Assembly (NCBI RefSeq): GCF_963921235.1
Contig: NC_086097.1
Coordinates: forward strand, 253,892,001 to 253,956,000
DNA: 64,000 bases
DNA from: Mobula hypostoma
Lineage: Eukaryota
Reading direction: 5' to 3'
Positions 26,290 to 38,908 of the stretch are shown piece after piece. The position numbers were made by a program, and so were the translations under genes. Positions within the stretch are counted from its first letter, which is position 1, and each line of letters starts with the position of its first letter. Under the pieces are notes generated by a model. The model had not been told where the DNA came from and did not search any database. It saw only the letters and a program-made list of their open reading frames with translations.

Positions 26290-27834
26290 TAGTGCCTATT
26301 AAAAATATTCACCCCACCCCTTGGAAGTTTTCATGTGATCAACTGGAAAAAGACTCTTCTGTGTCAAAGTGAAAACAGATCTCTACAAAGCGATGTAAAT
26401 TAATTACAAATATAAAACACAAAATAATTGATTGCATAAGTATTCACTCCCTTTAATATGACACATCAAATTCTCACCGGTGCAGCCAAACCGTTTTAGA
26501 AGTAGCATAATTAGTTAAATGGAGATCACTGTGTGCAGCCGGGTGTTTCAATTGATTGTAGTAAAAATACACCTGTATCTGGAAGGTCTGACTGCTGGTG
26601 AGTCAGTATCCTGGCCAAAACTACACCATGGAGACAAAGGAGCACTCCAAGCAACTCTGCAAAAAGGTTATTGATCGAGTCAGGAGATGGATACAAGAAA
26701 ATTTGTAAGTCACTGAATGTCCCTTGGAGTTCAGTTAAGCCAATCATCAAGAAATGGAAAGAATATGGCACAGCTGTAAATCTGCCTCGAGCAGGCCGTC
26801 CTCAAAAACTGAGTGACCGTGCAAGAAGTGGATTAGTGAGGGAAGCCACCCAGAGACCTGTGACAACTCTGGAGGAGTTACAAGCTTCAGTGGCTGAGAT
26901 GGGAGATGACAACTGTTGCCCGGGTACTTCACCAGTCACAGCTTTATGGGAGAGTGGCAAAGAGAAAGCCACTGTTGAAAAACACTCATATTAAATCTTG
27001 GCTAGAGTTTGCAGGTCATCTGCAAATCTTGGCAAGTCATGCAGGAGATGTTGAAGTCACCTGGAAGAAGGTTCTGTGGTCTGATGAAAGCAAAATTGAG
27101 CTTTTTGGCCATCAGACTAAACACAAAGTTTGGCATAAGCACATCATCAAAATCACGCCATCCCTACCATGAAGCGTGGTGGTGACTGCATCATGCTGTG
27201 GGGATGCTTCACTGCAGCAGGCCCTGGAAGGTTTGTGAAGCTAGAGGGTAAAATGAATGCAGCAAAATACAGGGAAATCCTGGAGGAAAACCTAATGCAG
27301 TCTGCAAGAGAAATACAACATGGGAGAAGACTTGTTTTCCAGCAAGACAACGACCTCAAGCATAAAGCCAAAGTTACACAGGAATGGCTTAAAAACAACA
27401 AAGTTAGATTCTCAAAGATCTATCCAATTGAAAATTTGTGGCTGGACTTGAAATGGGCTGTTAACACACGATCCCCATGCAATCTGATGGAGCTTGAGCG
27501 TTTTGTAAATAAGAATGGAGAAAGATTAGTGTCCAGATGTGGAAAGCTGATAGAGACCTATCCACACAGACTCAAGGCTGTAATTGCTGCCAAAGGTGCA
27601 TCTACTAAATACTGACTTGAAGGGGGTGAATAATTATGCAGTTAATTATTTTGTGTTTTATATTTGTAATTAATTTAGATCACTTTGTAGAGATTTGTTT
27701 TCACTTTGACACAAAAGAGTCTTTTTCTGTTGATCAGTGTCAAAAAAAGCCAAACTGACTCCATTGTGATTTAATGTTGTAAAACAATAAAACACAAGAT
27801 TTTCCAAGGGGGTGGATACTTTTTGTAGGCACTG
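26290..27834 (+). mobile_element. Tc1-family DNA transposon (IR/DR type), inactive
   Basis: TA flanks and (C>T)AGTGCCTA...TAGGCACTG termini. Long inverted repeats of ~165 bp (left, internally deleted) and ~220 bp (right). Confidence 0.93.
26628..27615 (+). pseudogene. Frameshifted Tc1 (DD34E-type) transposase
   Basis: METKEHS, SGDGYKKI, GRPQKLS, WSDESKIELFG, MLWGCF, FQQDND, IENLW and GASTKY* are spread over several frames. The SPDLN motif is deleted. Confidence 0.9.
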
Positions 27835-27969
27835 TATATTGTTGAACCACTCTGGACTAATTTATATATAGTGGAGTGTGAGTCTAAACGAGTATATATT
27901 TTGTGTGTTGCTCTAGATCGCTGTATATCTATAGTGAACTTTATATATATTTAAAGAATCACTTCCAAC

Positions 27970-28265
27970 ATAGAACCCTATGGAACACAACTAGTCGCCA
28001 GCAGCTCGCTGAAAAAGGCTCCCTTCATTCCCACTCTTTGCCTCCTGCCAATCAGCTATTGCTTTATCCTCGCTAGAATCCTTCCTCTAATACCACAGGC
28101 TTGTAACTTGTTAAGCAGCCTCATGTGTGGCACCTTGTCAAAGGCCTTCTGAAACTCTATATACAGAACCTTAACCAGTTTGTCTTTGTCTATCCTGTTT
28201 GTATTTTTCTTTAAAGAATTCCAACAGATTTGTCAGGCAGGGTTTTCCCTCGAGGAAACAATGTT
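27970..28265 (-). mobile_element. CR1 RT fragment
   Basis: FLEGKPCLTNLLEFF and KAFDKVPH on the minus strand. Confidence 0.75.
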
Positions 28266-28460
28266 GGATGTAACATTCCAATTTACCAATGTCCAACATG
28301 GTCTTGTGAGCACAAGAGAAGTGACTAAGACAATCACATGCTGTTAGACTGCACACTACCTTCATGCATTGATTTCTCCGACAGCTCTGTGATGCAGGGA
28401 GCACATGGTCCACACAATCCACGAGTATATAAATATATATATATCTATACAGATCTTTAT

Positions 28461-28628
28461 GGGCGCCACAGTAGCATAGCAGTCAGCCTGAAGCCGTTAC
28501 AGTTTGAGTTCAGATTTCAATTCCGGCATCGTCTGTAATGAACTTGTACATCCTCCCTGTGGAGTGTGAAGGTTTCCCCTGGGTGATCCGGTTTCCTCCT
28601 GCAGTCCAAAGATGTGCCAGTCAGTAAC
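28461..28628 (+). mobile_element. tRNA-derived V-domain SINE; another copy at ~31188-31380
   Basis: A/B-box-like head followed by GGTTTCC.CTGGGTG.TCCGGTTTCCTCC..CAGTCCAAAGATGT. Confidence 0.72.
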
Positions 28629-29799
28629 GTTCCAGATTTAGGCTGGGGTTAGATCAGGGGGAAAGGTCAGCTCAGCTGGAAGGGTGATTGGCCGCAGTTG
28701 ACCTTCACCAGAGACTTGTATGTGTTCTGGACAAGCACGTGGGCAGGAAAAGTCGTTGTGGACATGACCCACCCTGCAGACTTCCTTTTCCAAACGTTTC
28801 CTTCTGGAAGGTGCTTTAGGGCTGTTAAAACAAAAACCTCACACCATTTTATAAATTCCTTCTTCCGGGTATTACCATTCTAGTTAGCCCCTCCCCACCC
28901 CTGCTATCTATTACCTCATTCACTGTGCTGTAAACACTTTAAAGCATGGTTTATAAAGCTGCTTACATTGTAAATACACGCTGCTATTTATACATTTCTG
29001 CAGAATTATCCCATATCAGTAATCCCAAGTTAATTTTTATATAATTCTGTATTCAGTATAATTATCGAATGTTGTTTTTTGCTAACATATTGAGGCTCTG
29101 ACCCTCACCCCACAGAAAAATGCCCATACACATATGTAAGTGTCTATGGCGCGTACAGTTGTTCCTTGAAAATTAAAGGGTGAGTGAATGAATTTACCTA
29201 TTAGCTATAAAAGACAATGATTTATTTTATTACTACTAACAGGGCAGTTATATCCATAAAAACTCTCAGGAGAATACATAGAAATCTGCTGTATTCCCAC
29301 ATTTCATTTTGTCTTATGTCAGGTTATTAAAAGCCAATTCAATATGAGCGTGACCCTACTTGTCTTCTATTAATGTTCCATGAATAGCATCTGCTCTGGG
29401 AGTGGTGTTGGGTTAATGGGATACATTGGCAAAAGACCAACCCCGATTGGTGCAAACTACATGAGGAAGAGCATCAACACAATCTAGGACAGCATGAGCT
29501 CAGCTGCCTCAGACTCACTGGGGAATAATTTGACACATGCCTAATTACTATCACTGCTAATGAATTACACTGAGAGAAATCATTACAGTACTCAGATACT
29601 TTCATTATTTTTACCGTCTGTGCAGCTTGTTTAAATACACTCAGGAAGTTTTCAAAATCAGAACGTTGCTTCTCTCTGATAGACAATGCGTGTTTGTTAT
29701 GGGGTGGGTTTAATTTACCTCTGTTAACTGTATCCCAGCCCTGCATGGGTCTGTTCCATTGGTTTTGTTCATAAAACCAAAACAGATGCACAGGATGGA

Positions 29800-30185
29800 A
29801 ACTGCTGGATCCCCCTCTCTGGCCTCTTACCTCTCCTCCTCACGTGCCTATCACCTCCCCCTGGTGCACCTCCTCCTTCCCTTTCTCCCATGATCCACTC
29901 TCCTCTCCAATCAGATTCCTTCTTCCTCAGCCCTTCATCTTTATGACCTATCACCTGCCAGCTTCTTACTTTATCCACACTCAGCCACCTTTCCCCTCAC
30001 CTGGTCACACCTCTCACCAGCCAGCTTGTCCTCCTTCCTCTCCCCCACCTTCTTCCTCTTGCGTTCCGGTCCTGATGAAGGGTCACATTGACCGTTTATT
30101 CATTTCCATAGATGCTGCCTGAGTTCCCACAGCATTCTGCGTGTGTTCCTCTGATTTCCAGCATCTGCAGAATCTCTTGTGTTTA
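29800..30185 (+). mobile_element. Penelope-like element 3' fragment (pyrimidine-rich UTR, partly deleted hammerhead)
   Basis: CCTGATGAAGGGTC followed by TAGATGCTGCCTG...TTTCCAGCATCTGCAGAA...GTGTTT, as in the other PLE pieces. Confidence 0.75.
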
Positions 30186-30477
30186 TGACGGGGCTTGTTC
30201 TGATGCCATTCTATTGCTCGTGTTCTGGTGAACATGGTAGGCGTGTGACGTTGGTCCCGGAATGTGTGGCAACCCTTGTGGGCTGCCCCCAGCACCCCTT
30301 TAGGTCCTTAACACCAATGGCACATTTCACTGTGTGTTTTGATGTACGTGGAAGAAATAAAACAGAATCCTGAATTGATTCGAGGATTCCAAGTGAATTA
30401 GATGATAAAATGGTGCAAGGACGAGCAACTAAAGCAGGAAATGGCCATTTCACCCTCTACATCTGCTGGCTCACTGA

Positions 30478-31172
30478 ATTAGATTATTAGATTATGAGGA
30501 CACGTAGTCCTCTTTTATTGTCATTTAGTAATGACAATCTTTTATTGTCATTTAGTAATGACATTAAGAAATGATACAATGTTCCTCCAGTGTGATATCA
30601 CAGAAACACAAGACAGACCAAGACTGAAAAACTGACAAAAACCACATAATTATAACATATAGTTACAACAGTGCAAGCAATACCATAATTTGTTGAAGAA
30701 CAGACCATGGGCACGGTAAAAAAAAGTCTCAAAGTCTCTCAAAAGTCCCATCATCTCACACAGACGGTAGAAGGAAGAAAACTCTCCCTGCCATGAGCTT
30801 CCAGCGCCGCAAACTTGTCGATGCAGTGTCCTGGAAGCACCTGACTCTGAGTCCGTCTGAAAACTTTGAGCCTCCAACCAGCCCTCTGACACTGAGCACC
30901 GAGCACCATCTCTGCCGAGCGCTTCAACCCGGGCCCCAGCCGCCAAGCAACATGCAAAGCCGAGGATTTTGGGGCCTTCCCCTCCGGAGATTCTGGATCG
31001 CACAGTAGCAGCAGCAGCGAAGCGGGCATTTCAGAAGTTTCTCCAGATGTTCCTCCGAGCTTCTCACATCTGTCTCCATCAAATCAGGATTGTGCACGGA
31101 CCCTACTTAACAAATACAGATATCATTCTGGAGCGGCCGCGCGCACTGCGTCGCACCGCCATCTTCTCCTCC
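30478..31172 (-). mobile_element. Full-length non-autonomous retroelement (~695 bp)
   Basis: 5' end GGAGGAGAAGATGGCGGTGCGACG and 3' AATAAAA plus (TAATCTAA)n tail. A closely related copy lies at 33245-33858 (+). Confidence 0.75.
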
Positions 31173-31517
31173 AAGTAGGAGGGAGATTGCAGTGGCACAG
31201 CAGTCAGTGTAGTGCTACTGAAGGGGTGTTAATTCTGGCACCGTCTGCATGGAGTTTGTACGTTTTCCCCGTGACTGTGTAGGTTTCCTTTGGGTGCTCC
31301 AGTTTCTTCCCACAGTCCAAAGATGTTCCGGTTAGTAGTTTACCTGGTCATGGGTGGAATTGGATGGTGTAGGTCTGTTGAGCATGCTACGTTGGGGCCA
31401 GAGGCATAGTAACACCAGCACATTCTTGGACTGTGTTGGTCGCTAACACTCACAGTGTATTTCACTGTAACCGTTGATATTTTGATGTATGTGTAACAAT
31501 TAAAGCATATCTAATCT

Positions 31518-31856
31518 TCCCTGATGGTGGTAATGCGCAGAGGGTGAGGTCCTTTGTGACGGATGCTGCATTCCTGAGTCATTGCCTTCTGAAGGTGTCC
31601 TCAGTGGTAGGGTAGCTGGGTGAGTGTACAACCCTGTGCAGCCTCTAATGATCCTGTGCGTTGGAGCCTCCTGAGCAGACGGTGACGTAACCAGTCAGAA
31701 TGGTCGCCACGTACATCTGTAGAAACGTTGGTGAGGTGCCAGATTGTCTCAGACCACTGAGGCACCTTGTGTTGGACTCAGGATAGACCCCCAAGATACT
31801 GAACTTGAATCTGCTCACCTCTCCCACCACCAGCCCTCAGTGAGGACCGGTATGTG
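31518..31856 (-). mobile_element. Decayed Rex/Babar fragment; further minus-strand Rex pieces at ~33005-34190 and ~34300-35060
   Basis: ILTGYVTVCSGGSNAQDH; also IMKDRTHPAQRLFVPLPSGRR at 33900-34172. Confidence 0.7.
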
Positions 31857-32138
31857 TTAGAGACACAGAGACATAAACCACAGCACAGAAACAGGCTCTT
31901 TGTCTCATCCAGCCTCTACCAAACTGTTCCTCTGCCTGGTCCAATCATCCTTCACCTCGGCTAAACCTCTCCAAACCCCGTCCACCCAGGTACCTATCCA
32001 AGCTTCTCTTAAATGTTGAAATTGAACCCCGGATTCATCACCTCTGCCAAAAGCTAATTCTACCCTCTGATTAAAGATGTTCCCCCTCATGATCCCCTTA
32101 AACATTGCACCTTTCACTGCTAACTCATGTCCATCGGT

Positions 32139-32616
32139 AGCCTCCAACCTGATGGCATGAGCATTGACTTCTCTAACTTCCGCTAATACCCCACCTCCCC
32201 CTCGTACCCCATCCGTTATTTATTTATATACACACATTCTTTCTCTCACTCTCCTTTTTCTCCCTCTGTCCCTCTGACTATACCCCTTGCCCATCCTCTG
32301 GGTTTTTCCCCCTCCCCCTTGTCTTTCTCCCTGGACCTCCTGTCCCATGATCCTCTCATATCCCTTTGGCCAATCACCTGTCCAGCTCTTGGCTCTATCC
32401 CTCCCCCTCCTGTCTTCTCCTATCATTTTGGATCTCCCCCTCCCCCTCCAACTTTCAAATCTCTTACTAACTCTTCCTTCAGTTAGTCCTGACGAAGGGT
32501 CTCAGCCCGAAATGTCGACTTTACCTCTTCCTAGAGATGCTGCCTGGCCTGCTGCATTCATCAGCAACTTTGATGTGTGTTGCTTGAATTTCCAGCATCT
32601 GCAGAATTCCTCGTAT
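32139..32616 (+). mobile_element. Penelope-like element 3' fragment (ORF C-terminus, UTR, hammerhead)
   Basis: GSLQPDGMSIDFSNFR* (PLE GIY-YIG ORF end-like), 14-bp TSD TCATGTCCATCGGT (32125-32138 and 32617-32630), hammerhead at 32485-32520. Confidence 0.85.
32485..32520 (+). ncRNA. Minimal type I hammerhead ribozyme motif
   Basis: AGUC-CUGACGA-AGGGUCUCAGCCC-GAAA-UG-UC-GACU. Confidence 0.65.
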
Positions 32617-33244
32617 TCATGTCCATCGGTTCTAGTCTCACCCAATCTCAGTGGAAAAAGCCTGTTTACATTTATCCTATTCATACCCCCCATAATCTTA
32701 TAGACATCTATCAATCTTCTACATTCCAAGGAATAGCCTATTCTATCTTATCCTAAGCTATTCAATCTTTCTATAAAACATGGAGCTGAAGGATGGATTT
32801 TTTACATCTGCATTTACTCGGGAGATGGACACTGAGCGTATGGAACCAAAGCGGAAGAGCGGTGAGCTTATGGACTGCATTTGGACTGCAGAGGCGGAGG
32901 AGCTTGGAGGTAAATCCTCAAGGCTTGACGAGGCATTCCCTCAGACCTTGCGGTAGATTCGTGCGGTGGTATGCTGATGAGGAAGTCCAGAGGTACAGGG
33001 ATTCAGGTTAGAAAGATTCAAGACTGGTAATGTCATTTCTAGTACACGTGTAAAGGAGGACGAAAGAATTGTTACTCCAGATCTGATGTAGCACAAAAAA
33101 TACAATAAGATAAAGAACATAATAATAAAAAACACAATATAACAGTAAATAGATAAGGAACCTGATACACACAGATTGATTGTATGCACATAATGTGACA
33201 GTAAGCACAGGAGTGTCCGTACATAAAGTGACTCTGAAAGGAAA

Positions 33245-33858
33245 GTCACTCCGGTGGTGATGTCTGTTATCTGTCAAGTAGGGGACCGTGCACAATCCTG
33301 ATTTGATGGAGACGGACGTGAGAGCATGGAGGAACATCTGGTGAAACTTCTGAAATGCCTGCTTCGCTGCTGCTGCTACTGTGTGATCCAGAATCTCCGG
33401 AGGGGAAGGCCCCGAGTCCTCGGCTTTGCTTGTTGCTCGGCGGCCGGGGTGGGGTCGAAGCGCACGGTAGAGATGGTGCTCGGTGCTCGGTGTCGGAGGC
33501 TCGAAGTTTTCGGACGGACTCAGAGTCGGCTGTGGTCGGGTGCTTCCAATGGTGCTGCATCAGCGAGTTGGCGGTGCTTGGAGGTTCATGGCAGGGAGAG
33601 TTCCTCCCTTCTGCCGCCTGCGTGGGATAATGAGGCTATCGGGACTTTGAGACTTTTTGTTTACCGTGCCCATGGTCTGCTCTTTATCAAATTATGGTAT
33701 TGCTTTGCACTGTTGTAACTATAATTATGTGGTTTTGTCAGTTTTAGTCTGGGTTTGTCCTGTGTTTTCTTGTGATATCATTCTGGAGGAACATTATATC
33801 ATTTTTTAATGCATGCATTTCTAAATGACAATAAATGAAAACTGAACTGAACTGAACT
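33245..33858 (+). mobile_element. Non-autonomous retroelement, same family as 30478-31172, (AACTG)n tail
   Basis: Sequence similarity to 30478-31172. GAAA duplicated at 33241-33244 and 33859-33862 within a Rex 3' UTR. Confidence 0.75.
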
Positions 33859-34756
33859 GAAATGATAAAGTAGTGGTGGTTGGGGGTGTGGAGGGTGTGT
33901 TAGTGGGTGGAGGTGTTGATCAGCCTTACTGTTTGGGGAAAGTAACTGTTTTTGAGTCTGGAGGTCCTGAGGTGGATGTTGTGTAGCCTCCTCCCTGATG
34001 GGAGTGGGACAAACAGTCTTTGAGCGGGGTGGGTGCGATCCTTCATGATGTTACTGCCCCTTTTCCAGCACCTCTCTGTATATACATCCTTGATAGCAAA
34101 TAAGCTGGTACCAGTGATGTGTTGGGCAGTTTCAAACCTCCTTGTTCCCCTGCAGTGCAGTTTCCGTACCAAACAGTGATGCAGCTTCTTCCATGTTCAC
34201 TTGGGTTAGGTATGTCTCACTGAAACGTGAGAGAGAACACATCCTCTTAGCTTGAGCCTCAGGGTAAGGGGTTTGCCATTGAGGGCTGAGATGAGTTTAA
34301 CGTCAAAAGCTAAAGTATATGTATGCCACCATATACAATACGGAAATTCATTTTTCTGCGGGCATTTACAAGAAAATAAAGAAATACAATAAAATTTCTG
34401 AAAAATATGCATAAGCAAAGACCAATTAATAACCAATGTGCAAAAGAAGACAAATTATGCAAATATAATAATAATCATACTGAGAACATGAACTGCAGGG
34501 TCCTTGAAACTGAGTGCTTAGGTTGTGGAATTAGTTAACAATTGAGGTGAGTGATGTTATCCACACTGGTTCAGGAGTCTAATGGTTGAAGGGTAATAAC
34601 TATTCCTGAACCTGGTCACTATACCTCCTCCCCAACGGCAACAGTGAGAAGAGATCCTGGCTTGGATGTTGGGCATGCTTGATGATGGATGCTGCTTTCT
34701 AATGGTATTGCTTTTTGTAGATACGCTCAGTGCAACCGCTGGGGAGACTTAGGGTT

Positions 34757-34900
34757 AGAGTTCTCCAGTCCTGAAGAAGGGTCTCAGCTTGCAACGTCGA
34801 CTATCTGTTTATTTCCATAGATGCTGCCTGACCTGCTGAGATCCTCCAGCATTTTGTGCATTTTGCTTTGGATTTCCAGCATTTGAAGACTTCTTTGTGT
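34757..34900 (+). mobile_element. Short PLE insert with degenerate hammerhead
   Basis: TSD TTAGGGTT (34749-34756 and 34901-34908). Motif AGTCCTGAAGAAGGGTCTCAGCTTGCAACGTCGACT. Confidence 0.78.
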
Positions 34901-35729
34901 TTAGGGTTTTTCCTGTGATGGACTAAACTGGGTCCACCAATTTCTGTAGGCTTTTCCATTCCTGACCATTGCTGTTTCCGTACCAGGCCATGATGCTACC
35001 AGTAAGGATACTTTGCACTGTGCATCTGTGGAAGGTTTTCAAAGGCTTAGATGACATGCCAAATCTTAGAAATTTGCGCAAATTCAGCATATCATCTAAA
35101 ACTGTATTTACAAGGGATTGGAGTACTCAGTAATTTTTGAAATTTGAAGAATTGCATGCAGAGATACTGGTTATATTCAAGGCAGAGTGAGGATTTGGGA
35201 ACAGAAGGGATATAGAAAAAATAGAAATGAAAAGAAAAAGTGGGACTGAGGGACAGGATGACACATGATCAGTTGACATGGAAGACTGGTCTCAAAGGAA
35301 CTATGGCCCAGCCATCGTCTATTTCTTTTGAGCTAATAATTAAAGTCAGCCATTGGGTTTTGCAATGGTCTTGTTAGCAATGGGAGATTTCACTTGATGT
35401 TAGTAATTCAGCTCGAACATACACTGGTTCCAACTGTATGATAGAATTGGCCAGGCTTCTCCACATAAAAGCCTCTAACCCGACACAGGCAGCTGCAATC
35501 TGCTTTCGAACCCCTTGTGGAGTTCATCAGGAGAGGGAAAGCCTGCACAAGATTTCCTAGCACTTGGACTCTGGAAATCAGCCTGGGAAAGCCGAGCCAG
35601 GCTAAGTCCAGCTGGCCTAATTATCGTAATGAGGAGGGGGAGAGTTGCTCAGAGTGTAGCATAATTATAGAGACGTTGTTTCAGGTGCTATGACATTTCT
35701 TTCATTTTAATAGAAAACAGAAGAGAGAA

Positions 35730-36400
35730 CATGGCAGCACAATACCAGCCTTTTGCCCTACAATGTTGTGACAACCTCTTAACCTACTCTGAGATCAATC
35801 TAACCCTTCCCTCCTACATAACCCTCAATTTTTCTACCACCCATGTGTCTACCTAAAAGTTTCTTAAATACCTCTAATATACCTGCCTCTACTACCACCC
35901 CTGGCAGAGAGTGCCACACATCCACCACTCTCTGTGTAAAAAAAAATGTACCTCTGACATCCCCCCCCCCCATACTTTCCTATTCCCCCTTGTATTAACC
36001 ATTTCCGTCCTGGCTGTTCCGTCTACCTATGATTCCTCATCTTGTATACCTATATCAAGTTACCTCTGATCCTCCTTCACTCAAAAGACCAAAAGAACAC
36101 AAGACAGAGGAGCAGAATTAGGCCATTCAGCCCATCAAGTCTGCCCTACCATTCTATCATGGCTGATTTATTATCCCTCTCAACCCCATTCTCCTGCCTT
36201 CTCCCCGTAACCTCTGCTTTAAATATCCCCAATGACTTGGCCTCCACTGTCGTCTGTGGCAATGAATTCCACGGATTCACTACCCTTTGGCTTAAAGAAA
36301 TTCCTCCTTATCTGTTCTAAAGAAAGATCATTCTCTTCTGAGGCTGTGCCCTCTGGTCCTAAAGAGAAAAGCCCCAGCTTGCACATCCTATCCTCATAAA
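35730..36400 (-). mobile_element. Nested decayed CR1 3' ends
   Basis: Antisense FFTQRVV and SQRVVN segments with 3' UTR hairpin remnants. Confidence 0.65.
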
Positions 36401-36944
36401 ATAATTACGTTTTTAAGTTAGAATTTTAAGAGAGGTTAAAAAAAATGTTTTTGACTGCCAGAGATGTTCATGTATGTTCTATCAGTCTGGCAGCTTTGAT
36501 AATTGGTGAACAGTGAAGCATAGAAGATGGAATATTACAGCACGGTACAGGCCCTTCGGCCCACAATGTTCTGTTAACCTGCTAACCTCCATTTTCCTCC
36601 CATCATATGCCAAGAGGGGAGCGGTTTGCTTGCCTCTGGTAGTTCTGGAGCGGTTCTTGGCCACTCAGTGTCAGAAAGGCGCTGGAAAGCACTAGGCCTC
36701 TGTGGATGAAAGGGAAGTCCAACAGCTGGTTGCGCTGGTGGAAAACGTCTCAGAGAAGAAAGGCTTCCAAGGCTGGTGGAGTAGCAAGATCAGGCAGGGG
36801 ATGGCAAAATCTTCATGCCAAAGAATCTTGGAAGAAAGCACTTCTCATAGGAACGATTTCCAGACTCCAGATGTATCTAATGTGATTTTACCACTTGCTG
36901 TTTGATTTCTTCTGATGTATCAGGCCAAATCATAAGGACATTAG

Positions 36945-37217
36945 GGCCCCTTATTTAATAAAGGATGTACTGGCATTGGAAAGGGTCCAGAGGACGTTCA
37001 CTAGAATGATCCCAGGAATGAAAGGGTTAATGTAAGAGGAGCATTTGATGGCTCTGGGCCTGTACTCACTGGAGTATTGAAGAATGAAGGGGAATCTCAT
37101 TGAAACCTACTTGAAAGGCTTAGGTAGAGTGGATGCGGAGAGGAGTTTCTATTGTGGGGGAGTCTAGGACCAGAGGACACAGCCTCAGAACAGAGATGAG
37201 GAAGAATGTCTCTAGCC
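36945..37217 (+). mobile_element. CR1 RT fragment, truncated at the hAT insertion
   Basis: LERVQRTFTRMIPGMKGL and GESRTRGHSLR. Confidence 0.75.
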
Positions 37218-38471
37218 CAGGGGTCCCCAACCTTTTATGCACCGCGGGCCGGTTTAATATTGACAATATTCTTGCGGACCAGCCAACCGGGGGTGGAGGG
37301 GGGTGGTGGTGTTAATCATGACCATGACAATTATCAAAGTACAGCAGGCAGTGAAAAAAGCTAATGGATGCTGGCCTTCATAACAAGGGGAATTGAGTAT
37401 AAGAGCAAAGAGTTCCTTCTGCAGCTGTACAGGGCCCTGGTGAGACCACACCTGGAGTACTGTGTGCAGTTTTGGTCTCCAAATTTGAGGAAGGACATTC
37501 TTGCTATTGAGGGAGTGCAGCGTAGGTTCACAAGGTTAACTCCCGGGATGGCGGGACTGTCATATGTCGGAAGTTTGGAGCGACTGGGCTTGTATACTCC
37601 GGAATTTAGAAGGCTGAGAGGGGATCTTATTGAAACATATAAGATTATTAAGGGATTGGACACGCTGCAGGCAGGAAGCATGTTCCCGCTGATGAGTGAG
37701 TCCAGAACCAGAGGCCACAGTTTAAGAATTAGGGGTAGGCCATTCAGAACGGAGTTGAGGAAAAACTTTTTCACCCAGAGAGTGGTGGATATATGGAATG
37801 CTCTGCCCTAGAAGTCTGTGGACGCCAAGTCTCTGAATGCTTTCAAGAAAGAGATGGATAGAGCTCTTAAAGATAGCGGAATCAAAGGTTATGGGGATAC
37901 AGCAGGAACTGGATACTGATTGTGGATGATCAGCCATGATCACAATGAATGGTGGTGCTGGCTCGAAGGGCCGAATGGCCTACTCCTGCACCTATTGTCT
38001 ATTGACCGGAATATAGGTGATAAGTCAACTATAAGTCACTTATAAGTGGCTAATACACTCAATTTCATTTCTAAAAGGGTTTATCTAACAGATTTAATAT
38101 TAAACACACAGCACATATTTTCCTCGCATGCATCATAACATTTTAAGTAACGTTTGGATATTAAACACACAGCACATATTTTCCTCATATGAACATATAA
38201 AATCATTGCAACACATCAATATCACTGAATCAGTGGGAGCCCTGGGCTTGTTTCCCTGCAACAAGACGGTCTTATCGAGCGGTGATGGGAGACAGCGATA
38301 CTCGAAGGGGGTTCCTTATGTCCAGTCTATTCCGCAGTTTAGTTTTCGTTGCATTCATTGCAGAAAACCCCGCTTCGCAGAGATATGATGTTGGAAATGG
38401 AAGCAACGTTTTCAGTGCATTCATGGCTATCTCAGGATATTCAGCCTTGACTTTGATCAGAATGCCGGCAG
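37218..38471 (-). mobile_element. hAT-Charlie DNA transposon remnant (3' end plus transposase C-terminus), split by a CR1
   Basis: TIR CAGGGGTCCCCAACC preceded by CTCTAGCC (NTCTAGAN-like target). Minus-strand IKVKAEYPEIAMNALKTLLPFPTSYLCEAGFSAMNATKTKLRNRLD matches the hAT dimerization domain. Confidence 0.85.
37324..38002 (+). mobile_element. 5'-truncated CR1 inserted in the hAT remnant
   Basis: TSD TGACC (37319-37323 and 38003-38007). Near-identical to 21955-22624. Confidence 0.9.
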
Positions 38472-38584
38472 TTGCCTCTACACAATTTACTTTTCCACTT
38501 AGTGTAGTGTTAGCAACAAACTTAGATAGTCTATCCTCAGTCCTCTCTTCCAGTTCATTAATGGACATCATTACCAGTTGCATG

Positions 38585-38746
38585 GTTAACTAATCCTCTG
38601 ACCAAGCTGATACATTATCCACAACTCTATCTGTTAACCAATCCTCTATCCATGTGATTACCCCATAACTCTGTCGGTTAACAAATCCCCTATCCAAGTT
38701 ATTACCCCACAACTCTATTGGTTAACCAATCTATCCTTGTGATTAT
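38585..38746. repeat. ~44-bp tandem repeat (about 3.5 copies)
   Basis: GTTAACCAATCCTCTATCCA.GTGATTACCCCA.AACTCT units. Confidence 0.7.
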
Positions 38747-38908
38747 ATAGATACATAGAACATAGAAAACCTACAACACAATACAGGCCCTTCGGCCAAC
38801 AGAATTGTGCCGAACATGTCCCTACCTTAGAAATTACTAGGCTTACCCAAAGACCTCTATTTTTCTAAGCTCCATGTACCTATCCAAAAGTCTCTTAAAA
38901 GACCCTAT

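Larger units (their letters stand above)
31860..32770 (-). mobile_element. CR1 3' fragment interrupted by a PLE
   Basis: VYKIMGGMNRINVNRLFPLRLGETRTDGHE is continuous with GHELAVKGAMFKG across the insert. Confidence 0.75.

Noticed and set aside
34749..34760. TTAGGGTTAGAG as telomere-targeted PLE insertion
   Set aside because: Only one hexamer, within the TSD in a Rex fragment. The other PLE targets lack it.
36600..36905. Unique purine-rich ORF-like stretch (similar cases at 19700-19860, 29474-29791, 50977-51322, 55068-55473)
   Set aside because: No recognisable protein motif or convincing pair of splice sites. It cannot be supported without a homology search.
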